A stretch of 64,000 bases of DNA from an uncultured delta proteobacterium (lineage in GTDB: Bacteria > Myxococcota > Myxococcia > Myxococcales > Anaeromyxobacteraceae), in assembly GCA_963814585.1 (NCBI GenBank), contig CAWFDF010000003.1, positions 320,001 through 384,000 of the forward strand. Reading direction: 5' to 3'. The translations under genes were made by a program, and so were the position numbers. Below are positions 18,693 to 28,470 of this stretch, in pieces (positions within the stretch are counted from its first letter, which is position 1; each line of letters begins with the position of its first letter). The notes under the pieces were generated by a model. The model did no database searches. It saw only the letters and a program-made list of their open reading frames with translations, and was not told the DNA's origin.

Positions 18693-21600
18693 ATGAACCG
18701 CCCGTTCCGGCTCGTCGCCACCCTCGCGGTCGCCACCGTGCTCGCCCTCGGCGTCGCCGTCCGCTTCGTCCGCGCCGATGCGGCCCTGGCGACCGCCCCG
18801 GCCACGACGGCCGCCCCGCCGGCCCCACCGCCGGCCGCCGCGCCCCGCGCCGCCGACGAGCTGGCCTACGGCTCCAGCGCCGCGGCCCACGGCAAGGCGC
18901 CCGCCGGGAGCGAGGACTACCGGCTCGACCGGCTCCCCATCCTCGGCTTCGTCTTCAGCAAGGTGCACCAGGCCTACGTCGATCCCACCCGCATCGACCC
19001 CAAGGCCATGGTGGTGGCGGCGCTCGAGTCGGTCGAGCGGACGGTGGCCGAGGTCATGGTGAAGGGGGACGCCAAGAGCGATCGGCTCACCGTCACGGTC
19101 GGGAACGCCACCCGCGACTTCCAGATCAAGGACGTCGACACCATCTGGAACGCCCGCCTGCTGCTGGGCGAGGTGATGGGGTTCGTGCAGGAGAACCTGG
19201 TCGCCCACGCCGACCTCCGCGAGATCGAGTACGCCGCCGCGGCCGGGGTCCTCTCCACCCTCGACCCGCACTCGGTGGTGCTGGAGCCGAAGTTCTTCAA
19301 GGAGATGAAGCTGCAGACCCGCGGTGAGTTCGGCGGCCTCGGCTTCGTCATCGCCATGCGCGACGGCAACCTCACCGTGGTGCGGGTGCTCAAGAACACG
19401 CCGGCGCAGCGGGCCGGGGTCCGCTCCAAGGACGTCATCGCCCGCATCGGCGAGCAGTCGACCGTCAACATGGACCTGCAGGACGCGGTCGATCGGCTGC
19501 GGGGCAAGCCCAGCACCCCGGTCTCCATCACCGTGTCCCGGGCCTCCTGGCCGGAGCCGAGGCGGCTGAACCTGGTCCGGGAGACCATCAACGTCGAGAC
19601 CATCCCCCAGGCCAAGCTGCTCGACCAGGGCGTCGGCTACCTGCGCCTGGCCGGCTTCTCGCGCAACGGCACCCGCGACGTGCTCAAGGCGGTCCAGCAG
19701 CAGCGGGCCAAGGCCGGCGGCGCGCTCAAGGGGCTGATCCTCGACCTGCGCGGGAACCCCGGCGGCCTGCTCGACGAGGCCGTGGAGCTCTCCGACCTCT
19801 TCCTCTCCCAGGGCGTCATCGTCAAGACGGTGAGCGACGGCGCGCAGCGACAGCGCGAGGTGCGTGAGGCCACCAGCGACGCGAAGGACCTGATCGGCCT
19901 GCCCCTGGTGGTGCTGGTCAACGGCAGCTCGGCCTCGGCCAGCGAGATCGTGGCCGGCGCGCTCAAGAACAACGGCCGCGCCATCATCGTCGGGCGGCCC
20001 ACCTTCGGGAAGGGATCGGTCCAGACCCTCTTCGACTTCACCGAGCCGGGGCGCCCGAACGAGGATGCCGCCCTCAAGCTGACCATCGCCCAGTACCTCA
20101 CCCCGGGTGACGTGTCCATCCAGGAGGTGGGCATCCTCCCGGACGTGGCGCTGTTCCCGGGCCGCGCCCTCAAGGACCAGGTCAACGTCTTCGCGCCTCC
20201 GCGCGCCATGGGCGAGGCCGATCTCGACCGCCACCTCTCCAACCCCGGCGGCGCCAAGGCGGCCGAGCTGAAGAGGCGCCGCGCCGAGAAGTCGCCGCTC
20301 GAGCTCCGCTACCTGCTCGACGAGAAGGAGGACGCGGTGGCTCGGGCCATGAAGCGCGAGGCCGCCCGCGACGCCCACGGCGAGGACGCCGCCCTCTCCG
20401 CCGAGCAGCAGGAGGACGAGGAGATCGACGCCGATCCGGACCAGGTGAAGGAGGACTACCAGATCCGCTTCGCCCGCGAGCTGCTGGTCCGGGCGCCGTT
20501 CCCGGACCGGGCCCGGCAGCTCGAGGCCGCCGGCGGGCTGGTCGGCGAGCGTCGCGCCGAGGAGGAGAAGCGCCTGGAGGCGCGGTTCGCCCAGCTCGGC
20601 GTCGACTGGTCGGCGCCGCAGGGTGTGGCGCCCGGCTCGCCGCGCGCGGTGGTGACCGTGCTCCCGCCGGCCGGCCGCGCGCAGAAGGCCGGCGAGGCGG
20701 TCTCCTGGACCGTGACCGTGGAGAACCGCGGCGACGCCCCCTTCCGCCGGCTCCGCGCCTGGACCCTGGACGAGAAGAACTACTTCCTCGATCGGCGCGA
20801 GTTCGTCTTCGGCACCATCCGTCCTGGCGAGCGCCGCAGCTGGTCCGTGCCCCTCAAGCTGCCGCGCAGCTTCGACAGCCGGCGCGACGAGGTGACGATC
20901 CACTTCGAGGACGAGCAGGGCAAGGCCCCGGCCGACGTGCTCACCTCGCTCGACGTCGTCGAGGTGCCCCGTCCCCTCTTCGCCTACAGCGTGCAGGTCG
21001 ACGACCGGAAGGGCGGCAACGGCGACGGCCTCCCGGCGCGCGGCGAGAGCTTCACCGTCCGGCTCGACGTCCGCAACGTCGGCCCCGGCGCCAGCGGCGA
21101 CAAGACCTACGTGACCCTCAAGAACCTCGGCGACGAGAAGCTCTTCATCAAGAAGGGGCGCGAGGTGATCGGCGCCATCAGGCCGGGCGAGAGCCGGGCC
21201 GCCACCATGGAGATCGAGCTGAGGCCCGGGCCGGGGACCACGCTCCCCATCCGCGTGCAGGTGGTCGACGAGAAGAGCGGCGAGTACCTGTCCCAGAAGC
21301 TGGACCTGCCGGTCGCCCCCGGCTCGGAGAAGGTGACCGAGGAGGCCGGTGGGGTCCGCGTCGAGAAGGCCGAGGTGGTCATCCGCGGCGGCGCCAGCGC
21401 CACCGCCCCGGTGGTCGCCACGGCCAGGAAGGGCGCCGTCCTCCCGCTCACCGGCCAGGTGGCCGGCTTCCGGCGGGTGGAGTGGTCGAAGGGCCGGTTC
21501 GGCTTCCTGGCCAGCGCCGACGTGGCGCCGAGCCGGGCGCCCCGCTCCGGCGGCGCGCTGGAGGCCTGGCAGCACGAGCCGCCACGCATCACGCTCTCGC

Positions 21601-21965
21601 CGGACCCGGCCCGCGGCGCGCCGGTGGTCGAGGCCGAGACCTACCGGCTCACCGGCTCTGCGCTGTTGCCGCCGTCGGCCGACCCCGACGCCCGGCTCCG
21701 GGACGTCTACGTCTTCGTCAACGACGAGAAGGTCTTCTTCCGCGTGGTGCCCGACGCCGCCAACGGCGCAGCGACGGCCAAGGCCAACGGCCGGCTCGAC
21801 TTCACCGCCGACCTGCCGCTGAAGCCGGGGCAGAACCTGGTGACCGTCTTCGCCCGCGAGGACCAGGAGCTCCAGACGCGCCGATCGGTGGTGGTCTACC
21901 GCAAGGGTGGCGCCGACGTGGCCCAGGGGAACGACGCCCACAAGGCGGCCACCCGGACGCCATAG
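18693..21965 (+). CDS. S41 carboxy-terminal processing protease with long C-terminal extension (MXAN_5808-like)
   Basis: LDPHS, GEFGGLG (PDZ), ILDLRGNPGGLL, SASASEIVAGAL, TFGKGSVQ, KLTIAQYLTP; Ig-like and SH3-like C-terminal domains. Confidence 0.92.
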   Translation: MNRPFRLVATLAVATVLALGVAVRFVRADAALATAPATTAAPPAPPPAAAPRAADELAYGSSAAAHGKAPAGSEDYRLDRLPILGFVFSKVHQAYVDPTRIDPKAMVVAALESVERTVAEVMVKGDAKSDRLTVTVGNATRDFQIKDVDTIWNARLLLGEVMGFVQENLVAHADLREIEYAAAAGVLSTLDPHSVVLEPKFFKEMKLQTRGEFGGLGFVIAMRDGNLTVVRVLKNTPAQRAGVRSKDVIARIGEQSTVNMDLQDAVDRLRGKPSTPVSITVSRASWPEPRRLNLVRETINVETIPQAKLLDQGVGYLRLAGFSRNGTRDVLKAVQQQRAKAGGALKGLILDLRGNPGGLLDEAVELSDLFLSQGVIVKTVSDGAQRQREVREATSDAKDLIGLPLVVLVNGSSASASEIVAGALKNNGRAIIVGRPTFGKGSVQTLFDFTEPGRPNEDAALKLTIAQYLTPGDVSIQEVGILPDVALFPGRALKDQVNVFAPPRAMGEADLDRHLSNPGGAKAAELKRRRAEKSPLELRYLLDEKEDAVARAMKREAARDAHGEDAALSAEQQEDEEIDADPDQVKEDYQIRFARELLVRAPFPDRARQLEAAGGLVGERRAEEEKRLEARFAQLGVDWSAPQGVAPGSPRAVVTVLPPAGRAQKAGEAVSWTVTVENRGDAPFRRLRAWTLDEKNYFLDRREFVFGTIRPGERRSWSVPLKLPRSFDSRRDEVTIHFEDEQGKAPADVLTSLDVVEVPRPLFAYSVQVDDRKGGNGDGLPARGESFTVRLDVRNVGPGASGDKTYVTLKNLGDEKLFIKKGREVIGAIRPGESRAATMEIELRPGPGTTLPIRVQVVDEKSGEYLSQKLDLPVAPGSEKVTEEAGGVRVEKAEVVIRGGASATAPVVATARKGAVLPLTGQVAGFRRVEWSKGRFGFLASADVAPSRAPRSGGALEAWQHEPPRITLSPDPARGAPVVEAETYRLTGSALLPPSADPDARLRDVYVFVNDEKVFFRVVPDAANGAATAKANGRLDFTADLPLKPGQNLVTVFAREDQELQTRRSVVVYRKGGADVAQGNDAHKAATRTP

Positions 21966-21993
21966 GGCCCCGATCCCGTCGCCGGGAGGCGAT

Positions 21994-22028
21994 AGCGCCC
22001 CCCGATCCACGATCGGGGGGCGCTTTTT
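21994..22028 (+). terminator. intrinsic terminator
   Basis: 14-bp perfect stem AGCGCCCCCCGATC-CAC-GATCGGGGGGCGCT followed by TTTT, just after the S41 stop. Confidence 0.85.
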
Positions 22029-22065
22029 CGCGCCCCCGAGCGTTTCCCGCTAGGATTTCGGACGC

Positions 22066-25000
22066 ATGGCGGAGGTGGACCCCACCGCCTCGACGGCCTC
22101 ACCAGCCGCCGGGACCCGGACCGGAAACGGCTTCGAGCTCCGCCTCGAGCGAGGCGGTGCCCACGTCCGCCTCGGCGCGCCCACCGCCATCGCCGGCCTG
22201 CTGGTCGAGCACCTCGACCTCAAGGTGCCGGACATCGCCCTCCCCTTCGACGCCGGCGGCGGCCCCGCCCAGTTCCGCCACCGGCTCTGCGACCTCGACG
22301 CGCTCACCGTGCTGGCCGGCCAGCCAGCGGTGTCGGCGGCGGCGGCCCGGCTCGATCTCGGCGAGCTCGGGCTGGGCTCGCTGGAGGTGGCGCTCCGCGA
22401 CGGCTTCGCCGAGGTGGGCGGCCGGCTGGCCAGCGGCCCTGCCTTCACCATGCGGCTCGGCCTCCTGCCCGGCTTCGAGCGGGGCGTGACGGTGGTGCCC
22501 TACGCGCCCCGGCTCTACGGCCCCGCCAGCATCCCCGCCGCCGCCCTGCCCCACCTGGCGGCCCGGGCTCTCACCGCCCTCGGCTTCCCCGACGACCCGC
22601 TGCCGCTGCTGGTGCGCCGGCTGCTGGTGAGCCGGGGCTGGAAGGTCCCGCGTGAGGGCGGCGTCCGGCTGGCCGCCGCCACGGTGGCTCCCTCCGGCGT
22701 CCGGCTGGCCTGGGCACGCGAGACGCAGGGGCCACCCCCCGCCTCCACCGATCCGGACCTGCTGGCCGCGCTGGAGGGCTCCGGCGCCTTCGCCGAGGTC
22801 GAGGCGATGGCGGCCGCCGGAGACTGGACCGGGGCCCGCGAGGCCTGGCTGGCCTCGGCGGCGCCCACCACCCACGCCTTCGCCGCCGACCGGCTGCTCT
22901 CGCTCCTCTGCCTCGACGAGCGGTTCCACGACGAGGCCCTCGACCTGGCCGCCAGCTGGCTGCAGCGCCGCCCCGGCTTCGCGCCGGCGCTGGCCGCCGA
23001 CGCCTGGGTGCGGACGGCCCGTGGCGAGCACGGCCGGGCTGCGGCGGCGCTGGTGGCGCTGGCGGAGGGCTCGGCGGCCGCCGGCGAGCGGCTGGCCACG
23101 GTGATCGCCGCCGATGCGGTGCTGGCCCTGCCCGGCATCGACGGCGAGCTCACCGCGCGCGCCGTCGACGCGGCGCTGGCCGTGAAGCGGGACCACCTCC
23201 CGGCGCTGCGGGCGCTGCGGGCGCTGGCCAGGGAGCGCGGGGACAAGGGCGGCCAGATCCGGGCGGCCCGCCGCGTGCTGGCCTACGCGCCGACCGACCT
23301 GGAGAAGGCGCGAGCCCACGCCGAGCTGGGGGAGCTGCTGCTGGAGAGCGATCCGCCCGGGGCCAGGCTCCACCTCGACCGGGCCCTGCGGCTCGCCCCC
23401 GACGACGCCGACTCGCTCTCGGCGCTGGCCCGCGCCTGCGCCGCCGCCGGCGAGCACCTGCGCGTGATCGGCGCGCTCGACCGGCTCCGGGCGCTGCGGC
23501 TGCGGGCCGGCGACCTGTCCGGCGCGGTGGCGCTGGCGCTGGAGGCGGGGGTGACCTGGGACCAGCGGCTCGGCCACGTCGAGAACGCCCTGCTCCGCTA
23601 CCGCGAGGCGGCCGAGCTCGGCCCACGGGCCGCCGAGGCCCATCGCCTCGCGGCCTCCTGCGCCGCGCGGCTGGGACGCTGGACCGAGGCGGCCGACCAC
23701 CACGCCGCGGCCCTGGCGGTGCTCGACCGGACCGCACCCGACGCCGGCCCGCTGGCGGCCGCGCACCACCTCGCCCTGGCCGACGTGGCCGAGCGGCACC
23801 TCGACGACCTGGCCGGGGCCGCCACCCACCTCGAGGCGGCCCAGGCCACGGCGCCGCTCGACGCGGCCCAGCTGGCGCGGCTGGCGACGCTGCAGCGCCG
23901 GCTGGGCCGCCACGCCGAGCTGCTCCATGCGCTCGACCGGCTGGCGCCGCTCACCGGGGATCCCCTGGCCCGCGCCGCCCTGCTGGCGGAGGCCGGCGAC
24001 CTCGCCCACGGGCCGCTCCGCCGCCCCAATCTCGCCACGGCCCGCTACGCCGCCGCCCTCCAGCTCGACGCCGCCTGCCGGCCGGCCATCGAGGGGCTGG
24101 CGGCGCTGGCGCAGGCGCGTGGCGACGGCCCCGCCGAGCGTGACGTGCTGCTCAAGCTGCTGCCGCTGGCGCGTGACCGGGCCGAGGAGGCGTCGATCCA
24201 CGACCGCCTGGCCGCCGCCAGCGCCCGCGCCGGCGACCTCTCCGCCGCGGCCCGCGCCCTGGCCGCGGCCCGTCGGGCGGCGCCGTCGCGCGACCGGCTG
24301 GCCGCCGCCGCCGGGCTGGCGCGCCGGTCGGGCGATCTCCCGGGGCTGGCCGCGCTCCTCGCCGAGGTGGCGCAGGCCGCCGGCGCGGCCGGCGACCGGG
24401 CCGCGGCCGCCGCGGCGTGGCGCGAGCGGGCCGAGCTGCTGGCCGAGAGCGATCCGGCGCTCGCCCTCACCGCCCTCGACGAGGCCATGGCCATCCTCCC
24501 CGGCGATGCGGGGCTGGTGCACCTGGAGGCCACGCTGGCGGAGCGGACCGGCGACCACCACCGGGCGCTCGGCGCGCTCCGGACCCGCCTGGCCAGCGCG
24601 CCGCCCGACGCCGGGGCGCTCGAGCTTCGCGCCGCGCGGGCGGCCCTGGCGGCCGACGAGATCCCCTCGGCGCGGGCCCATGCCGAGCGGGCGCTGGCCT
24701 CCGGCGAGCGCGGCGCGAGCGACGTGCTGGTCGGCGCGCTGGAGCGGAGCGGCGACCCGGCCGCCCAGCTCGAGGCCCTCGCCCGGGCCGGCCGCCACCT
24801 CGAGGCCGCCGCCCTGGCGGAGCGGCTCGGTGACGTCCCCGCCGCCGTCCGCGCCCTGGAGCGGGCCGCGGAGGAGAGGTCGTCCGCCGGCGAGGCGCTG
24901 CGCCAGCTCCTCCGGCTGCACGCCGCCGCGGGCGATGCCCGGGCCGCCGCCGCGGTGCTGCTCACCGCCGCGCGCCGCACCGGCGAGCGCGAGGGTGCGG

Positions 25001-28000
25001 CGCTGGCCTGGCGCGCCTTCTCGCTCACCGGCGACTCCTCCGCGCTCGACCTGGCCGCCGAGTGCGATCCCTCCTTCGCCCCGGCCCGCGCCGAGCGCGC
25101 CGCCCGCCGCGCCGCCTCCGACCCGGCCGGCGCCCTCGCCGACGCCGAGGCGGCCCTGGCCGGCGAGGGGCTCGACGCCGCCCGCCGCCCGGAGCTGCTC
25201 GGTCTCGCCGCCGATCTGGCGGAGCGGACCGGCGACCTGGAGCTGGCTCGCCGCCGGCTGGCCGCCGCCTGCCAGACCGGAAACCCCACCGACTCCGAGC
25301 TGGCCCACCTCGCCGGGCTCCACCGCGCCGCCGGCGATCTCGAGCGCCTGGCCGCCACCCTGATCCGCCGGGTCTCCAGCGCCCCCCTGGCCGGGGTGCA
25401 CCGGGTCCACCTCGAGCTGGCGGACCTGCTGGCCAGGCTGGGGCGCGAGCCGGAGGCGGTGGAGAGCTGGCGCGCCGTGCTGCGCGTCGATCCGGTCGCG
25501 CTGGAGCCGATCCGCGCCCTGGCGGCCCCGGCGCGAGCCGCCCTGCTCCACGACGGCGAGCGCGAGCCGCTGCTGAGGACCCTCGCCAACCACGACGGAG
25601 CCGGCGAGGCCGAGCGGGCCGAGGCCTGGGAGGGCGTGGCCGAGATGCGCCGGGCCGCCGGGGACTCCGCCGGCGCCGCCGAGGCGCTCGGCGCGGCGGC
25701 GCGTTGTCGCGGCGACGACGACGAGGGGCTGGAGCGGCGCGCCCAGGCGGCCGTCGCGGCCGGTGACCACCTGCAGGCGGCCCAGCTCCAGCTGCGGCGG
25801 GCGCACCGGGCGCTGGCCGCCGGCGAGGCGGGCGGGGCCGAGCGGCTGGTCGAGGCCGGGCTGGCGCTGGTGGAGGCCGGCCATCCCGCCGACGGCGAGG
25901 CCGCCCTGCGCGAGGCGCTTCGACTGGACCCCGAGCCGGAGGAGGCGCGCGGTGCGCTCACCGCGCTGGTGACCCTGGCGGCGGATCGGGCCGACCAGGC
26001 GGCCGAGGCCGAGGCGCTGGCCGCGCTGGTGCCGCTGGTGCCTGCCGGCGAGCGCTCCGACCGGCTCATCCGGCTGGCCCGGCTCCGCGCCTTCGCCGGG
26101 GACCTCGCCGGCGCGCTGGAGGCCGCCGAGCAGGCGCGCGCGCTGGCGCCGCGGACCCTGGGCGCGGTCCGGCAGGCCCGGCTGGCGGCCGCCGCCGCCG
26201 GGGACGAGCGGACGGTGGCCATCCGCCTCGAGGAGGAGGCGCGGCTCGACGACTCGGAGGCCGGCGCGCTCCTGCTGGAGCGGGCGCGGCTGCTGGCCCG
26301 GCTCGGCGACGTCGAGGCCGCCGACGTCGCCTTCACCGAGGGTCTCCAGCGCCTGCCGCCGGACCAGGGGCTGGCCATCGAGCAGGCTCGCCTGCGGCGG
26401 GCCCACCTGCCCGGGAAGCCGCCCTCCGAGCCCATGGAGCGCTACGCCGGGCGGCTGGAGGACCAGGCCGCCGCGGCCAGGGCCCAGGCCGCCGCCGCGG
26501 CGCTGGCGTGGGAGGCGGGCGACGGCGGGGCCGCGCTCCGCTGTGCCCGGCGCGCCTTCGGCCGGTCTCGCCAGACGCCGGCGCTGGCCGGCCCGCTGCT
26601 GGCCCGGCTGCTCTACGCGCAGGGCTCCTACGCCGAGGCGCTGGTGGTCCACCGGACCCTGCTGGAGCTCGGCTTCCCCGGCTTCGACGAGGGCGAGGTG
26701 ATCACCCTGTGCCGGCAGCTGGCGGAGCTGGCGTCCGAGGCGCAGGACACCGCCCTGGCCCTCCAGGCCTTCGACCGGCTGCTGGCGCTCCGCCCCCAGG
26801 AGCCGGGCGCCGCGCTCGAGCGCTTCCGGCTCGATCCCGATCGGCGGCGCGCCGTGACCGCGCTCGAGGCGGTGGCGGGCCAGGTCCGCTCCCACGCCTC
26901 GCGGATCGAGCTGCTGGCCACCGCCGCCGAGAGCGCCCTGATCGAGCTGCGCGACAGGCGGCTGGGCGAGCGGCTCTTCCGGGAGGCGCGCGCCGAGGCG
27001 GCCCTCACCCCCGGGCTCGCCGTGACGCTGCTGCGGCGGCGGGCCGTGGCGACGCGGCTCGGCGAGCTGGGACCCGAGGCGCTGCTCGGCGCGCTCCACG
27101 ACGCGGCCGAGTCGGCGCTCGCCATGGGGGACGGCGCCACCGCCCGCGGGCTGCTCGAGGAGGCGGTGGCCGAGCAGCGGCAGCGCGGCATGGACGCGGG
27201 GGCCGGGCGCGACCAGCTCGCGCTGGAGAAGCTGGCGCCCGCACCGGAGCCCGTGCCGGTACTGGAGCCCGTGCCCGAGCCGGTGCCGGAGTCGGTGGTG
27301 GAGCCGTCGCCCCATCCCCTTTCCGAGCCCGTGACCGGGCAGGCCTTCGACGCGATGGCCGGGCGGACGACCCTCGAGTTTCCGGCGCTGGGTCGCCCGG
27401 CCGCCGAGATGCCATCGGCCGGGCCCGCGGACGGCGAGCCCGAAGCTGCCCCGACGCCCGACTTCGAGCCCATCGTCGGGCCGAGGACGCTCGAGTTCCA
27501 GGCGCCCCGCCGCCCCATCACCCTCGACCTGCCCGCCCCCGAGCCCCTCCCCGACCTGTCTCCCGGGCCCGGACAGCCCGACGCCGCGCCGACGCCCGGC
27601 CTCGAGCAGGACGTCGGACCGGGCTCTCTCGAGTCCCCGGCGCCCCGCCGCCCCATTACCCTCGACCTGCCCGCCCCCGAGCCCCTCCCCGACCTGTCTC
27701 CCGGGCCCGGACAGCCCGACGCCGCGCCGACGCCCGGCCTCGAGCAGGACGTCGGACCGGGCGCTCTGGAGTCCCCGGCGCCCCGCCGCCCCATCACCCT
27801 CGACCTGCCCGCCCCCGAGCCCCTCCCCGACCTGCTGGCCGGAGAGCCGGCGCCGCCCGACCCGCGGGCCCAGGCCCACGAGCTGGCCCGACAGGCCGAG
27901 GCCGCGGCCGACCCGGCCGCGCGGGCGGCCGCCTGGCTGGCGTCGGCCGACGCCGCGCACCGAGCCGGCGCGGCGCTCGAGGAGGTGCGGCTGGCCATCG

Positions 28001-28470
28001 CGCTGGCCTGCGAGGCCGACCCGGACGCGCCTGCCCCGTGGGCGGCGCTGGCCGACCTGGAGCTGGCGCAGGGCGATCCCCTCGCCGCGGCGCGGGCTCG
28101 CCTGGCGGTCTCGATCCGGACCGAGGGGCCGGCGGCCGCCGACGCGGCGCTGGTCGCGGCCCGGCTCTTCCTCGAGCAGGGGCAGCCCGCCGACACCGCC
28201 CGCGCGCTGCGCGCCGCCACGCTGGGCGACCCGGGCGCCGTGCCGCCCGAGCTGGTGCAGGCGACCGAGGGGCTGGCCGGCGGGCGGCCGGCGGCCGCCG
28301 CGGACCTGCTGGCGCGCCTCGACCCTTCCAGCCTCGGGGCGCTCTCCCGCGCGGTCCACGACCAGCTTCGACTGATGGTCGACTGGAGCGCCGGTGTCGA
28401 CGAGGTCGCGGCGCTCGAGCTGGCACCTCCGCCGCTGCCGGATCTTCTCGCTGGAGCCTGGGTCCGGTGA
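22066..28470 (+). CDS. giant Ala-rich TPR/helical-repeat protein, N-terminal part
   Basis: 2134-aa ORF with strong GC3 bias and many TPR-like units (ALRLAPDD, ALQLD, VLRVDP); Pro-rich repeat region. Confidence 0.8.
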   Translation: MAEVDPTASTASPAAGTRTGNGFELRLERGGAHVRLGAPTAIAGLLVEHLDLKVPDIALPFDAGGGPAQFRHRLCDLDALTVLAGQPAVSAAAARLDLGELGLGSLEVALRDGFAEVGGRLASGPAFTMRLGLLPGFERGVTVVPYAPRLYGPASIPAAALPHLAARALTALGFPDDPLPLLVRRLLVSRGWKVPREGGVRLAAATVAPSGVRLAWARETQGPPPASTDPDLLAALEGSGAFAEVEAMAAAGDWTGAREAWLASAAPTTHAFAADRLLSLLCLDERFHDEALDLAASWLQRRPGFAPALAADAWVRTARGEHGRAAAALVALAEGSAAAGERLATVIAADAVLALPGIDGELTARAVDAALAVKRDHLPALRALRALARERGDKGGQIRAARRVLAYAPTDLEKARAHAELGELLLESDPPGARLHLDRALRLAPDDADSLSALARACAAAGEHLRVIGALDRLRALRLRAGDLSGAVALALEAGVTWDQRLGHVENALLRYREAAELGPRAAEAHRLAASCAARLGRWTEAADHHAAALAVLDRTAPDAGPLAAAHHLALADVAERHLDDLAGAATHLEAAQATAPLDAAQLARLATLQRRLGRHAELLHALDRLAPLTGDPLARAALLAEAGDLAHGPLRRPNLATARYAAALQLDAACRPAIEGLAALAQARGDGPAERDVLLKLLPLARDRAEEASIHDRLAAASARAGDLSAAARALAAARRAAPSRDRLAAAAGLARRSGDLPGLAALLAEVAQAAGAAGDRAAAAAAWRERAELLAESDPALALTALDEAMAILPGDAGLVHLEATLAERTGDHHRALGALRTRLASAPPDAGALELRAARAALAADEIPSARAHAERALASGERGASDVLVGALERSGDPAAQLEALARAGRHLEAAALAERLGDVPAAVRALERAAEERSSAGEALRQLLRLHAAAGDARAAAAVLLTAARRTGEREGAALAWRAFSLTGDSSALDLAAECDPSFAPARAERAARRAASDPAGALADAEAALAGEGLDAARRPELLGLAADLAERTGDLELARRRLAAACQTGNPTDSELAHLAGLHRAAGDLERLAATLIRRVSSAPLAGVHRVHLELADLLARLGREPEAVESWRAVLRVDPVALEPIRALAAPARAALLHDGEREPLLRTLANHDGAGEAERAEAWEGVAEMRRAAGDSAGAAEALGAAARCRGDDDEGLERRAQAAVAAGDHLQAAQLQLRRAHRALAAGEAGGAERLVEAGLALVEAGHPADGEAALREALRLDPEPEEARGALTALVTLAADRADQAAEAEALAALVPLVPAGERSDRLIRLARLRAFAGDLAGALEAAEQARALAPRTLGAVRQARLAAAAAGDERTVAIRLEEEARLDDSEAGALLLERARLLARLGDVEAADVAFTEGLQRLPPDQGLAIEQARLRRAHLPGKPPSEPMERYAGRLEDQAAAARAQAAAAALAWEAGDGGAALRCARRAFGRSRQTPALAGPLLARLLYAQGSYAEALVVHRTLLELGFPGFDEGEVITLCRQLAELASEAQDTALALQAFDRLLALRPQEPGAALERFRLDPDRRRAVTALEAVAGQVRSHASRIELLATAAESALIELRDRRLGERLFREARAEAALTPGLAVTLLRRRAVATRLGELGPEALLGALHDAAESALAMGDGATARGLLEEAVAEQRQRGMDAGAGRDQLALEKLAPAPEPVPVLEPVPEPVPESVVEPSPHPLSEPVTGQAFDAMAGRTTLEFPALGRPAAEMPSAGPADGEPEAAPTPDFEPIVGPRTLEFQAPRRPITLDLPAPEPLPDLSPGPGQPDAAPTPGLEQDVGPGSLESPAPRRPITLDLPAPEPLPDLSPGPGQPDAAPTPGLEQDVGPGALESPAPRRPITLDLPAPEPLPDLLAGEPAPPDPRAQAHELARQAEAAADPAARAAAWLASADAAHRAGAALEEVRLAIALACEADPDAPAPWAALADLELAQGDPLAAARARLAVSIRTEGPAAADAALVAARLFLEQGQPADTARALRAATLGDPGAVPPELVQATEGLAGGRPAAAADLLARLDPSSLGALSRAVHDQLRLMVDWSAGVDEVAALELAPPPLPDLLAGAWVR
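27501..27834 (+). repeat. 138-bp (46-aa) tandem repeat, ~2.4 copies
   Basis: APRRPITLDLPAPEPLPDLSPGPGQPDAAPTPGLEQDVGPGxLESP; units begin at 27502, 27640 and 27778. Confidence 0.95.

Noticed and set aside
27501..27834. Possible CRISPR array
   Set aside because: Contiguous in-frame coding repeats of 138 bp with no unique spacers and no cas genes.
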